Below, piece by piece: positions 32,100 through 41,249 of a stretch of 64,000 nt of DNA. A program made the translations under genes and the position numbers. Numbering within the stretch: position 1 is the first letter of the stretch; every line of letters starts with the position of its first letter. The stretch is from an uncultured Spirochaetaceae bacterium. Its GTDB lineage: Bacteria; Myxococcota_A; UBA9160; UBA4427. The notes under the pieces were generated by a model. The model was not told the origin of the DNA. It did not search any database and saw only the letters and a program-made list of their open reading frames with translations. The stretch covers positions 10,174 to 74,173 of the forward strand of contig CAZETS010000005.1 in assembly GCA_964515335.1 (NCBI GenBank). Direction: 5' to 3'.

Positions 32100-32978
32100 T
32101 CAGGCTGTCTCAAAAAGCTTGGCGAGGAACTCGACGACCAGCCGGTCGAAGGCCTCGGGCTGCTCGATGTTCAGGATGTGACCGGCCCCGGGCACCACCT
32201 CGCTTCTCGCTTTCGGAAGCTTCGCGGCCATCACCTCGGCGGCCTGCAGGTAGGCGTCGTCGTGCTCGCCGACGAGCACGAGGGCCGGCTTCTCGATGCC
32301 CGCGAGGTCGTCGATCACCGACGGCGCGAGGCCCGCGACTCGCCGGCCGAACTCGGCGACTCCGTGCGGGCTCTGGGCCGCGATGGCCTCGGCGGCGACC
32401 CGCGCGGCGGGCAACTCGGGCTTGCGGCCGATACAGGTGGGCGCCGCCTTGCCGGTCACGAAGGCCTCGAAGCCGCGCGACACGATGTAGTCGGCGGTGC
32501 GCTCGGACTGCTGCTTCCAGCGAGCCGCGGCCTTCGGGTTCTTGAATCCCGGTCCGCTCCCGGCCAGCACGAGGCCGCCAACGCGATCGGGATGCGCGAC
32601 GGTGAAGTGCAGCGAAGCCAGCCCCCCGAAAGACAGCCCGGCCAGCACGACGGGCTCGCCCGGCGCGAGCCAGTCGGCGACACGGCCGAGGTCGGACACG
32701 ACCTGCTCCATCGAGTAGGCGGAGGGGGCGTCCGGGGCCTCGGAGCGACCGTGACCCCGGTAGTCCCAGAGCCCGACGCGATGACCCGCACGGACGAGCG
32801 GCTCGACCTGGGGCAGCCAGTTCGCGTGGGTGGTCGAGTACGCGCACGAGAAGATGATCGGCACACCGCCGCGCCCCGGCTCACCGTGGCGCTCGACGTA
32901 GAGCCCGACTCCGTCACTCGCTTCGATCACCGCCACCTCTCCGGTCCGGTCAGCCGCCGAGCGCCGACTCGAGGGCAT
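32100..32978 (-). CDS. Alpha/beta-fold hydrolase
   Basis: WDYRGHGRS, nucleophile elbow LAGLSFGG, and C-terminal GAGHILNIEQPEAF. Confidence 0.8.
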   Translation of the reverse strand: MPSSRRSAADRTGEVAVIEASDGVGLYVERHGEPGRGGVPIIFSCAYSTTHANWLPQVEPLVRAGHRVGLWDYRGHGRSEAPDAPSAYSMEQVVSDLGRVADWLAPGEPVVLAGLSFGGLASLHFTVAHPDRVGGLVLAGSGPGFKNPKAAARWKQQSERTADYIVSRGFEAFVTGKAAPTCIGRKPELPAARVAAEAIAAQSPHGVAEFGRRVAGLAPSVIDDLAGIEKPALVLVGEHDDAYLQAAEVMAAKLPKARSEVVPGAGHILNIEQPEAFDRLVVEFLAKLFETA

Positions 32979-33366
32979 CGACCATCTCGCCGAGCTGGTC
33001 CTCCATGGGCCCCTTGATGGTGAACTCGGGCACGAAGCTCTTCGTGCGACCGGTCATTTCGATGGTGACGACCGCCGTGTCGCCGTGGTCGTCCACCTCG
33101 ACGAGACCTTGCAGCTCGCGCCAGACCTTGCCGTCACAGACCTTCTCGAACGCGACGCTCCCGTCCATGCGGAACCGCCAGTGGAAGGTCGCCTCGCCCT
33201 CGCGGCCGAGGGCCGTGTAGGCGGTTCGTGTCGTCACCTCGTCGGGCTTGCGGCCGACGACCTCGGTGCGGCCGGGCAGCAACGAGACCAGCACCTCCTC
33301 TCGCGCCAGCGTCTCGACGACGGCGTCGCGAGAACGATCGACGGAGAACCGCTTCGAGATCTGCAT
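32950..33366 (-). CDS. SRPBCC (START/CoxG/polyketide-cyclase-like) family protein
   Basis: 138 aa, starting MQISKRFSVDRSRDAVVETL... with a beta-rich pattern typical of the SRPBCC fold. Assignment is by overall pattern only. Confidence 0.55.
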   Translation of the reverse strand: MQISKRFSVDRSRDAVVETLAREEVLVSLLPGRTEVVGRKPDEVTTRTAYTALGREGEATFHWRFRMDGSVAFEKVCDGKVWRELQGLVEVDDHGDTAVVTIEMTGRTKSFVPEFTIKGPMEDQLGEMVDALESALGG

Positions 33367-33491
33367 CACCTCGCCTCCGCGCTGGACAGCCAGCAAGGCC
33401 AGTCTAGCTCGGGCGCGACACGGTTCCCGGTCGATCCTCGTCGCATCCCGCCTATGGCAAAAGCCGCAGCGGGACGGCAGCATCACGCCCC

Positions 33492-35201
33492 GTGGGCGCC
33501 CCGTCGACCGAACCGTCCCCGCAGCGCAGCTGGATCCGCATCGCGATTCCCGCGGCGGCCGCCTGCCTGGCGTTCGCGGCGCTGACGCCCGCCCTGAGCG
33601 GCGAGTTCGTCAACCTGGACGACCCCGTGAACTTCGTCAGCAACGACGCCTGGCGGGGCGTCGGCAAAGCCCAGCTCGCGTGGATGTGGTCCCACTTCGA
33701 CGGCCACTATCAACCGCTCACCTGGCTCAGCCACGGCATCGAGTTCGCGCTGTTCGGCCTGAGCCCGCGCGCCTTCCACACCACGAACCTGCTGCTGCAC
33801 GCCGCCAACACGGTGCTCGCCTACCTGGTCTTCCTGGCGCTCCTCGCCCGCAGTCCGGGGCTCGCCGCGCACCGCAACGACGACCGGCTGCGATGGGCGG
33901 CGGGCGCCGGCGCCCTGCTGTTCGCCCTGCATCCGCTTCGCGTCGAGGCGGTGGCCTGGATCACCGAGCGCCGCGCCGTGCTCTTTCTCTTCTTCGCACT
34001 GCTGAGTGTGCTCTTCTATCTGCGCAGCACGGCGCCGGAGCTGGCCGCTGTCCGGCGGCGCGGCCTGGCCGCGATCTCGGTCGCGTGCTTTGCGCTCTCG
34101 ATGCTCTCGAACGCACTCTGCATGACGCTGCCCGTCCTGCTGCTCGTCATCGACGCCTATCCGCTCCGTCGGCTGCGCGGCCTCGCCGACCTTCCAGCCC
34201 GGGTCGTCGAGAAGTGGCCGTGGTTCGCCGTGACGATCGCCGGCATGGCGGCACAGCTGTACGCCCAGAGCGCCGGTAACGCCATCGACCCCGAGTCGAC
34301 CTACGGGCTGGCCGACATGCTGACGCAGCCCGGCTACCGCTTGTCGTTCTATTTGTGGAAGACCGCGGTACCGACGGGCCTGTACCCGATGTACACGCTG
34401 CCCCTCGTGCGCGATCCGTGGTCGACCACGAACCTGCTCTGCGCCGCGGGAGTTCTCACCATCACCGGCGTTCTGATCGCCTTCGCGCGCCGCGCACCGG
34501 CGCTGCTCGCCGGGTGGCTGGCGTTCGCGCTGCTGCTCTCACCGGTGCTCGGCCTCGTGCAGGTCGGCTACCACTTCGCGGCGGACCGCAACACCTACTT
34601 CGCGGGCCTGGTGGCTGCGCTGCTCTGCTCCGGCGGACTCGCCTGGCTGTGGACGAGGGGGCGCCTGGTGGGGCCGACCGCGGCGCTCGCCGCCGGCGTG
34701 ATCTCGCTCTACGGCGTGATGAGCTTCGAGCAGGCAAAGACCTGGCGCTCGAGCGTCGCGATGTGGAGCAACGCGCTCGAGCACGACCAGGACAGCTACG
34801 TGGCCCACTACAGCCTCGGCCACGAGCTGTACGACCGGGGCGAGTTCGATCTCGCCATCGACCACTACACCCGCGCCATCTTCGCCCGCGACGACGATGC
34901 ACGCTTCTGGTACAACCGCGGCGTCAGCTGGGCCGCCAAGCGCGAGCCGACCCGTGCGATCGCCGACTTCGACCGCGCGATCGAGATCGATGCCGGCCAC
35001 TGGATGGCCTACAGCAACCGCGGCGTGCTCCACATGATGCGCGGTGACGATGAGCTCGCCGTCGACGACTTCACCCGCGCCATCGACCTCATGCCCACCG
35101 GGAGCGGCCTCTACCTGTCCCGAGCCCGGGCCCACGAAAACCTCGGCAACCACGCCGCCGCCCAACGCGACCGGGCCCGAGCCCGCAACCCGTCCCCCTA
35201 G
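33492..35201 (+). CDS. Membrane GT-C-type (PMT_2/TMTC-like) glycosyltransferase with C-terminal TPR repeats
   Basis: N-terminus GEFVNLDDPVNFVSN...HYQPLTWLSHGIEFALFG...FHTTNLLLHAANTVLAY followed by many TM helices. The C-terminus carries three or more TPR units (AHYSLGHELYDRGEFDLAIDHYTRAI...WYNRGVSWAAKREPTRAIADFDRAIEID...). Confidence 0.7.
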   Translation: MGAPSTEPSPQRSWIRIAIPAAAACLAFAALTPALSGEFVNLDDPVNFVSNDAWRGVGKAQLAWMWSHFDGHYQPLTWLSHGIEFALFGLSPRAFHTTNLLLHAANTVLAYLVFLALLARSPGLAAHRNDDRLRWAAGAGALLFALHPLRVEAVAWITERRAVLFLFFALLSVLFYLRSTAPELAAVRRRGLAAISVACFALSMLSNALCMTLPVLLLVIDAYPLRRLRGLADLPARVVEKWPWFAVTIAGMAAQLYAQSAGNAIDPESTYGLADMLTQPGYRLSFYLWKTAVPTGLYPMYTLPLVRDPWSTTNLLCAAGVLTITGVLIAFARRAPALLAGWLAFALLLSPVLGLVQVGYHFAADRNTYFAGLVAALLCSGGLAWLWTRGRLVGPTAALAAGVISLYGVMSFEQAKTWRSSVAMWSNALEHDQDSYVAHYSLGHELYDRGEFDLAIDHYTRAIFARDDDARFWYNRGVSWAAKREPTRAIADFDRAIEIDAGHWMAYSNRGVLHMMRGDDELAVDDFTRAIDLMPTGSGLYLSRARAHENLGNHAAAQRDRARARNPSP

Positions 35202-35251
35202 CGCCCTGCGTCCTCGCGAGGGGCCCCGATCCCCGCGCCCCCCGCGCCGCC

Positions 35252-36973
35252 TCAGCGAATCTCCACCAGCACCGGCGGCACGAGCAGGGGCCCATCGGCC
35301 GAAACCGTCGCCAGCAGGGAATCGACCCAGCCGAAGCCCCGAGGCAGCGGCAGGGCCTCGTAGACGACCCGCGCCAAGCGGGCTTCGAGCAGCTCCGCGA
35401 GCTCTTCCGACAGACGCTTCGGGGCCGGCCGCGCCACCAGCTCCACGTCGGCATCCGGATCGAGCTCGAGGGCCCGCCGGATCCGGTCGACGGCAGCCCG
35501 CAGTCCGCCGATCTCGTCGACCAGACCGATCTCCAACGCCTGCCGTCCCGCCCAGACCCGCCCCTGGGCGACCGCGTCCACCTGACCCAGCTCGAGCGGG
35601 CGACCTTCGGCGACGCGCTCGAGGAACAGCTCGTAGGTGCTCTGCACGATGCCCTGCAGCCGCGCTCGAGCGCCGTCCGAGAGCGGCTCGCTCGCGAGCA
35701 GGAAGTCCGCGTAGGCGCCGCGCGTCATCGACTCGCGCGCCACACCGAGCTTGTCGAGCGCGCCGCCCATCAACGGGCGCAGGGCGAACACACCGATCGA
35801 GCCCGTCAGCGTGCCGCCGTTCGACACCACGCCGTCGGCCGCGGCCGCCACGTAGTAGCCGCCCGAGGCAGCCAGGTCCGAGAACGACGCGACGATCGGC
35901 TTGCCGTGCTCGCGCGCGGCCACGATGGCGCGCCAGATCTCCTCGGCGGCCAGCGCCGAGCCACCCGGGCTGTCGATGCGCAGCAGGATGGCGTCGATCT
36001 GCGGATCCTCGGCGGCCTGCGCGATGGTCTCCGCCAACGTCTTCGACGCCATCACGGACCCGCCTCCCCACGACCGCGAGCCACGCCCCTGCACGACGGG
36101 ACCGCTGCCGTAGACGAGCGCAACGCTCGCGACCGGCCGGAAGCCCACCTCGGCGGGCAGCACGCCCGCGTAGGTGTCGTGGCGGACGATCTCCCCCGGC
36201 ATCTCCTCGAGCAGCTCGTCGAGGTGCAGCGAGCCGTCGGCGAGCCCCTGCACGACGAGCTCGACCGGCAGCACCGGGCCGCGGTCGATCGCGGCCACCA
36301 CCGACGTGCGATCCATGCCGCGGCCCTCGGCGATCGCGTCCACGAAGGCGCCGTTCGCCGAGTCGAGGAGCGACTCGGCCATTTCGCGCGTCGGCTCCGA
36401 CATGCCCCTGCCCGTGTACGACTCGACGGCACTCTTGTACTTGCCGGCCTTGCCCACTTCGAATCCGACGCCGAGCTTCTCCCACAGGCCGCCGAGGAAG
36501 AGGTACTCGGCGGCGAGCCCCACCACCGGCACCGCCCCACCCTCGACGACGTAGATCTCGTCGGCCGCCGTGGCCACGTAGTACTCGCGCGTGGCACTGA
36601 AGGACGCGACCTCGAGGAACGCGACCGTCTTGCGCCCGGCGTCGCCCAGCCGGCCGACCGCCGCGCGCAGCTCGTCGGCCTTCCCCCAGCCGATCTGCAG
36701 CGGCCGGATCACCAGCACCACGGCGGCGAGTCGATCGTCCCGCTCCGCCATGGTCAGGGTCGAGAGCAACGACACGAACGAGCGTTGGTCCTCGCCGAGC
36801 GCCCGGGCGATCAGCGACGGCTGCGCGGCCTCGACGTACTCGCCCCCTATCTCGAGCACCAGCGTGCTGCCGGGCGAGATCTCCGGGCCGGCGCGGTCCT
36901 GCAGGAACGCCATTGCCAGCAGAACAGCCAGCACGACGAGGAGGAAGATGCGGAACTTGCTCGGTCGCTTCAC
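35252..36973 (-). CDS. sppA: Signal peptide peptidase SppA, 67K type (tandem S49 domains)
   Basis: N-terminal TM anchor, then two ClpP/crotonase-like halves: VVLVIRPLQIGWGKADELR...YYVATAADEIY and ILLRIDSPGGSALAAEEI...ASFSDLAASGGYYVAAAAD...GSIGV. GTG start at 36973 with GAGGA upstream. Confidence 0.85.
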   Translation of the reverse strand: MKRPSKFRIFLLVVLAVLLAMAFLQDRAGPEISPGSTLVLEIGGEYVEAAQPSLIARALGEDQRSFVSLLSTLTMAERDDRLAAVVLVIRPLQIGWGKADELRAAVGRLGDAGRKTVAFLEVASFSATREYYVATAADEIYVVEGGAVPVVGLAAEYLFLGGLWEKLGVGFEVGKAGKYKSAVESYTGRGMSEPTREMAESLLDSANGAFVDAIAEGRGMDRTSVVAAIDRGPVLPVELVVQGLADGSLHLDELLEEMPGEIVRHDTYAGVLPAEVGFRPVASVALVYGSGPVVQGRGSRSWGGGSVMASKTLAETIAQAAEDPQIDAILLRIDSPGGSALAAEEIWRAIVAAREHGKPIVASFSDLAASGGYYVAAAADGVVSNGGTLTGSIGVFALRPLMGGALDKLGVARESMTRGAYADFLLASEPLSDGARARLQGIVQSTYELFLERVAEGRPLELGQVDAVAQGRVWAGRQALEIGLVDEIGGLRAAVDRIRRALELDPDADVELVARPAPKRLSEELAELLEARLARVVYEALPLPRGFGWVDSLLATVSADGPLLVPPVLVEIR

Positions 36974-37082
36974 GGTCGTCCTCTGTGGGATCGACGGCAA
37001 GGCTATCCCACCGGCGCGGGTCCCCGCATCGTCGGCTGAGCGACGCCGGGAAGATCGACCGGCGACGCGCCTGCGGCCCTCT

Positions 37083-38069
37083 TCAGCTCGCCGCCCCGGA
37101 CGCCGGATCCCGGCGCTGCGAGACCAGCCAACGGTCGGCGAAGTGCTGCGCGACGATCGAATTGTTGCGCGTCGCGACATCGTCGCCGCTGCTGTTGATC
37201 CAGCCGAGGCTCGTGCGGTCGTAGAAGCGCTTGCGGCGACGCGGCTGGTAGTTGGAGTAGCGGGCGGGCACGACGAACTTGGGGGCGCGCAGGTGGGCGC
37301 TGATCCAGACGTCGTCGACGAAGAAGGCGGCCTCGGGGGCCCCCGAGTAGTCGACGAGCGCGTCGGCGTCGAAGAAGCGCGGCCGGACCAGGTAGCCGCC
37401 GACGCCGCGAACGACGTCGACCGGCCACTGTCGTCGGATGCGGCGCGCCAGCACCGGAGCCGGCGGGCGGATGAACACGATGGTGTAGAGGTTGGCGGGC
37501 CGGTGGACGAGATCGGGCGGCACGATCCAGCCGCAGAAGGAGAACGCCGCGCCGGGATCGGCATCGGAGGCCGCGGCCAGGTCGGCGAGCAGGTTGGGCG
37601 GGTAGGCGCGGTCGTCGTCGACCACGACGACGCGCTGGTCGGGCGGCAGCTGCAGGACGGAGGGAATGAGCTTGGTGGCCGGCCCGTGGTCCTCGCAGTC
37701 GACGATCGTCAGCGCCGACAGCTCGCGCAGATGATCGGGCACCTCGTAGGCGCACTGCTCGCGCTTCGAGTACTTGGGAACGTTCAAGCGTATCTCGCGG
37801 GGCGCGAGATCCTGACGCAGGAGCGATTTGAGGGTGTCCTCGATGTGGGGGATCCGGCTGGGGATGGTCGTCAGGCTGACGACCACGTCCGAGCGGTTCG
37901 GGTTGGCGGCCCACGCGCGGTCGAGGTCCTGCAGGCTCGCCCGCGAGAGCCGCCACTCGTCCAGCGTGTCGTGGACGAGCGTCTTGCCCTCGATGAAGTC
38001 GTAGATCCCGACGAGGGTCAGGACCGCCGCCGGAATCGCCAGTAAGAGCCACTCCATCCCGCTCTCCAA
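37083..38069 (-). CDS. Putative membrane-anchored glycosyltransferase (GT-A-like; family not resolved)
   Basis: N-terminal TM helix, then VVVSLTTIPSRIPHIEDTLKSLLRQ and VVVVDDDRAYPPNLL (DxD-like). Assignment is by motif resemblance only. Confidence 0.5.
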   Translation of the reverse strand: MESGMEWLLLAIPAAVLTLVGIYDFIEGKTLVHDTLDEWRLSRASLQDLDRAWAANPNRSDVVVSLTTIPSRIPHIEDTLKSLLRQDLAPREIRLNVPKYSKREQCAYEVPDHLRELSALTIVDCEDHGPATKLIPSVLQLPPDQRVVVVDDDRAYPPNLLADLAAASDADPGAAFSFCGWIVPPDLVHRPANLYTIVFIRPPAPVLARRIRRQWPVDVVRGVGGYLVRPRFFDADALVDYSGAPEAAFFVDDVWISAHLRAPKFVVPARYSNYQPRRRKRFYDRTSLGWINSSGDDVATRNNSIVAQHFADRWLVSQRRDPASGAAS

Positions 38070-38075
38070 CCGCCT

Positions 38076-38888
38076 CTACCCGTCTTCGAGGTTCGCAAGC
38101 TCGCGCTGATCGAAGACCACGAGCAGCAGCGCCACCCCGCCAGCCGCCCACGCGAGCGTGCGCGGCAAGACGTCCCAGGCCGAGATCGTCTCGGGAACCT
38201 GCTGCGACCAGGGCGAGAGAGCCAGGATCAGGGTGCTGAGCAGCGGCGGTCCGAAGCTGTCGAGCACGAAGTAGAAGCCCGAGAGCGATCGACCCGCCGC
38301 GCTGGCGACGTTGAGGACACCGATCAGCCCGACGCCGCCGAAAACGAACAGCATCGTCACGATTCGCGGCACGAAGAGCGAAGCCGTCATCGCCAGCGCC
38401 GCCACCGCGACCGACGACATCACCACCGCCAGGGTCGCCCCGATGGCGGGCCCGAGCGGCAGACCGCCGCGCACGGCCAGCAGGAACGTCGCTCCGAGGC
38501 AGAGGACCAGGGCGGCGCCGAGCGACACCGCGAGCGATCCGAGCAGCCGCGCCAGCGCGAGGGTCGGCCGACTGATCGGCCGCGCGAGCAGCAGTGTCGC
38601 GCTGCCGTCGTCGAAGACGGCGCGTAGATGATCGGAGGCGAGCAGGCCCGCGAGCGCGATGCTCCACAGTCCGAGCACGGCGAACGTCAGCATGCCGGTC
38701 CAGCTGAGCACGTCGACCGGGACCGGCTGATCGCCCACGCCGAGGTTTACGCTGCACGACGTGCAGCTATCCATCATCATCAGCGAGAGGAAGCTGATCG
38801 CGAGCACGGCGGGTACGATGCGACGCCGGCTGGCATCGCGAACCGCCTCGCCGGCGAGCAAGCGGAGCGCCCGCGACTCAACGCGCAT
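38076..38888 (-). CDS. ABC-2-type transporter permease
   Basis: Six hydrophobic segments. It overlaps the upstream ATPase gene by 11 nt. The first periplasmic loop is Cys-rich (MMDSCTSCSV). Confidence 0.6.
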   Translation of the reverse strand: MRVESRALRLLAGEAVRDASRRRIVPAVLAISFLSLMMMDSCTSCSVNLGVGDQPVPVDVLSWTGMLTFAVLGLWSIALAGLLASDHLRAVFDDGSATLLLARPISRPTLALARLLGSLAVSLGAALVLCLGATFLLAVRGGLPLGPAIGATLAVVMSSVAVAALAMTASLFVPRIVTMLFVFGGVGLIGVLNVASAAGRSLSGFYFVLDSFGPPLLSTLILALSPWSQQVPETISAWDVLPRTLAWAAGGVALLLVVFDQRELANLEDG

Positions 38889-39636
38889 CGTCGCGACTCC
38901 CGCCCAGGCGGTTTCGGCGTTCCGCGACGAGCCGCACGAACGCGTCCTCGAGCTCTTCGCCTTCGCGCACGATCTCGCCGACCGGCCCCTGAGCGACCAC
39001 GCGCCCCTCGTCGAGGATCGCGAGCCGATCGCACAGGCGCTCGACCTCGGAGAGCAGGTGCGAGCTGATCAGCACCGTGGCGCCCCGCTCGCGGGCGCCG
39101 GCGATCCAGTCGCGCGCTTCCCGCATCCCGATCGGATCGAGGCCGCTGCTCGGCTCGTCGAGCACCACCACCCGCGGCTCGCCGAGCAGCGCTTGCGCGA
39201 AGCCGACGCGCTGCGCGAGGCCTTTCGAGAGCTCGCCGAGGAGATCGTCGAGGCGGCTCTCGATGCCGGTCAGCAGGGCGACCCGGTCGATCTCGTCCTC
39301 GAGCGCATCGCCGCTCAGGCCCGCGAGCGCGCCGTGCAGTGACAGGAAGCGATGCACTCCCACGTGGCCCGGCAGGGCGAGCCGCTCGGGCAGGTAGCCC
39401 ACCCCGCGGCGCGCCTCGGCGTCGAGCGGGTCCCATCCCTGCAGCTGAACCGTGCCGTCGGACGGATGGCTGAGCCCCAGGATCAGCCGCAGCGCCGTCG
39501 TCTTGCCGGCGCCGTTCGGCCCGAGCAGCCCGAGCGCTCCACCCTCCGGCACGGCGAAGCTCACCCGGTCGAGCGCCGCCCGCCCCCCGTACTGCTTCGT
39601 CACCTCGACCAGCTCGATCACCGACACGGCGCGCAA
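38878..39636 (-). CDS. ABC transporter ATP-binding protein
   Basis: Walker A GPNGAGKTT, signature LSKGLAQRV, Walker B VVVLDEPSSGLD, H-loop SSHLL. Confidence 0.9.
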   Translation of the reverse strand: MRAVSVIELVEVTKQYGGRAALDRVSFAVPEGGALGLLGPNGAGKTTALRLILGLSHPSDGTVQLQGWDPLDAEARRGVGYLPERLALPGHVGVHRFLSLHGALAGLSGDALEDEIDRVALLTGIESRLDDLLGELSKGLAQRVGFAQALLGEPRVVVLDEPSSGLDPIGMREARDWIAGARERGATVLISSHLLSEVERLCDRLAILDEGRVVAQGPVGEIVREGEELEDAFVRLVAERRNRLGGSRDDAR

Positions 39637-39681
39637 GCCTAACGCCGACTCGGGTCGGGCGCTCCGCTTTGGCGCGGGAGC

Positions 39682-39700
39682 GGCCCGCCGGGTGCGGGCC
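39682..39700 (-). terminator. Hairpin downstream of the PilZ gene
   Basis: On the minus strand: GGCCCGC-acccg-GCGGGCC (7-bp stem). No U-tract. Confidence 0.3.
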
Positions 39701-39717
39701 GGACCTTCAGCCGTCGA

Positions 39718-40257
39718 TCAGCCCTCGATCAGCCCTTCGAGCTGCTCGTGCCCGAGGGCCTCGGCGAAGAGCGCGTCGACGGCCCGCTGCTGCTCGGGAC
39801 CGAGGTCGACGAACTTCACCCCCATGCCGAGCTGACGCCCTCTCATCGCCGCGTCCAGGTTGAGGGACACCACCTCGCAGGGCACCTCGACACTCTCGTT
39901 CGCGGCGTCGACCGCGAGGATCAGGACGAATTTCGCGCCGATCTCCAGCGGAAACGCCGTGCTGATGAACAGGCCGCCCTTTGAGACGCTGCTGATCATC
40001 GCCTCCTCGAGGTCCTCGCGGGAGCGGTACTCGACCAGCATGCGGGTCGGGACGCGCAGGTGCTTGCGGCGCTCGCCACCGGCGGGCCTCGATACGTCGG
40101 AGATCTGTTGTCCGAGCTTCTGCTCGAGCTCGCGCCAGCGCTCGTACTCGCTCGGCGTGACACCCTGGTGGACGCGCTTGCGCTCGAGCTGCCCGTACTC
40201 GCGAAGCAGGGGAAGCAGGCGCATCATCGACTTCCGGGGCGTCATGCCAGGCTTCAT
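39718..40257 (-). CDS. PilZ-domain (c-di-GMP-binding type) protein
   Basis: RRKHLRVPTRMLVEYRS...ISSVSKGGLFISTAFPLEIGAKF (RxxxR ... D/NxSxxG pattern) and GMGVKFVDL. Start placed at MKPGMT; the track start at 40341 is possible. Confidence 0.7.
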   Translation of the reverse strand: MKPGMTPRKSMMRLLPLLREYGQLERKRVHQGVTPSEYERWRELEQKLGQQISDVSRPAGGERRKHLRVPTRMLVEYRSREDLEEAMISSVSKGGLFISTAFPLEIGAKFVLILAVDAANESVEVPCEVVSLNLDAAMRGRQLGMGVKFVDLGPEQQRAVDALFAEALGHEQLEGLIEG

Positions 40258-40388
40258 CGTCCCGCCCGTCGCACGAGTGAAGCGCCCGGCAGTCGCCCGC
40301 GCCCGAAGCGGCGGGCCGACGAGCCACCACTCACTCGCCACTCATCGATTCATGGGAGGCAAACGGCGCGTCGACTACGCTAGACGGC

Positions 40389-41228
40389 ATGTCCGAAACA
40401 CTTCCGCTGCCCTTCATCCCCGACCACCGCCCCCCCGACGACCCCGGCGCCGACCCGCTGCTCTTCGCGTTCTGGCGCCGCGAGCTGCTCGTCACGACCG
40501 ACAACTCGGTGCCGGCCGTCGGCGTCATCGATGACCACGACATCGAGGCCGTGCGCACCCAGTACCTCGGCCGCCTCGGTGAACGCCACTGCTTCTCGGC
40601 GCAGCTCGACGAGGCCTTCCGGCCGCCCGAGGGCCTGGCGCTGCGCGATCTCCGCATGCTCTTCGGCGCCTTCGACGAGACCCTGCACACCCTCGCGGGA
40701 CGGGCCGTGCAGATCGTCGAGTGGGAGCGTACCCACCAGTTCTGCGGTGCTTGCGGGGAGCGCACCGTCCCCTCGAAGAACGACCGCTCGCGCACCTGTC
40801 CGGACTGCGAGCTGCCCGTCTACCCGCGGCTCTCGCCCGCGATGATCGTGGTCGTCGAGCGCGGCGACGAGATCCTGCTCGGTCGCTCGAAGCACTTCCC
40901 GGCCGGCATCTACAGCACGCTGGCCGGCTTCGTCGAGCCGGGCGAGAGCGCCGAGCAGGCGGTGATCCGCGAGGTCTGGGAGGAGACGCGCATCGTGGTC
41001 GGGGACGTCCGTTACTTCTCGAGCCAGCCCTGGCCGTTTCCCAACTCGTTGATGCTCGGCTTCACCGCCCAGTACGAGAGCGGCGAGATCGACACCCGCT
41101 ACGACGACGAGGTCGAGGCCGCGGGCTGGTTCCACGTCGACGCGATGCCGAATACGTTTCCCGGCAACGTCAGCATCTCGCAGTGGCTCATCCAGGACTT
41201 CATCCGGCGCAAGCGGGGCAGCGCCTAG
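40389..41228 (+). CDS. nudC: NAD(+)/NADH diphosphatase
   Basis: Zinc ribbon CGACGERT...CPDCE, Nudix box GFVEPGESAEQAVIREVWEETRI, and the NudC-specific SQPWPFPNSLMLGF. Confidence 0.85.
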   Translation: MSETLPLPFIPDHRPPDDPGADPLLFAFWRRELLVTTDNSVPAVGVIDDHDIEAVRTQYLGRLGERHCFSAQLDEAFRPPEGLALRDLRMLFGAFDETLHTLAGRAVQIVEWERTHQFCGACGERTVPSKNDRSRTCPDCELPVYPRLSPAMIVVVERGDEILLGRSKHFPAGIYSTLAGFVEPGESAEQAVIREVWEETRIVVGDVRYFSSQPWPFPNSLMLGFTAQYESGEIDTRYDDEVEAAGWFHVDAMPNTFPGNVSISQWLIQDFIRRKRGSA

Positions 41229-41249
41229 CACCGGGCGCGGCGGTCACGA

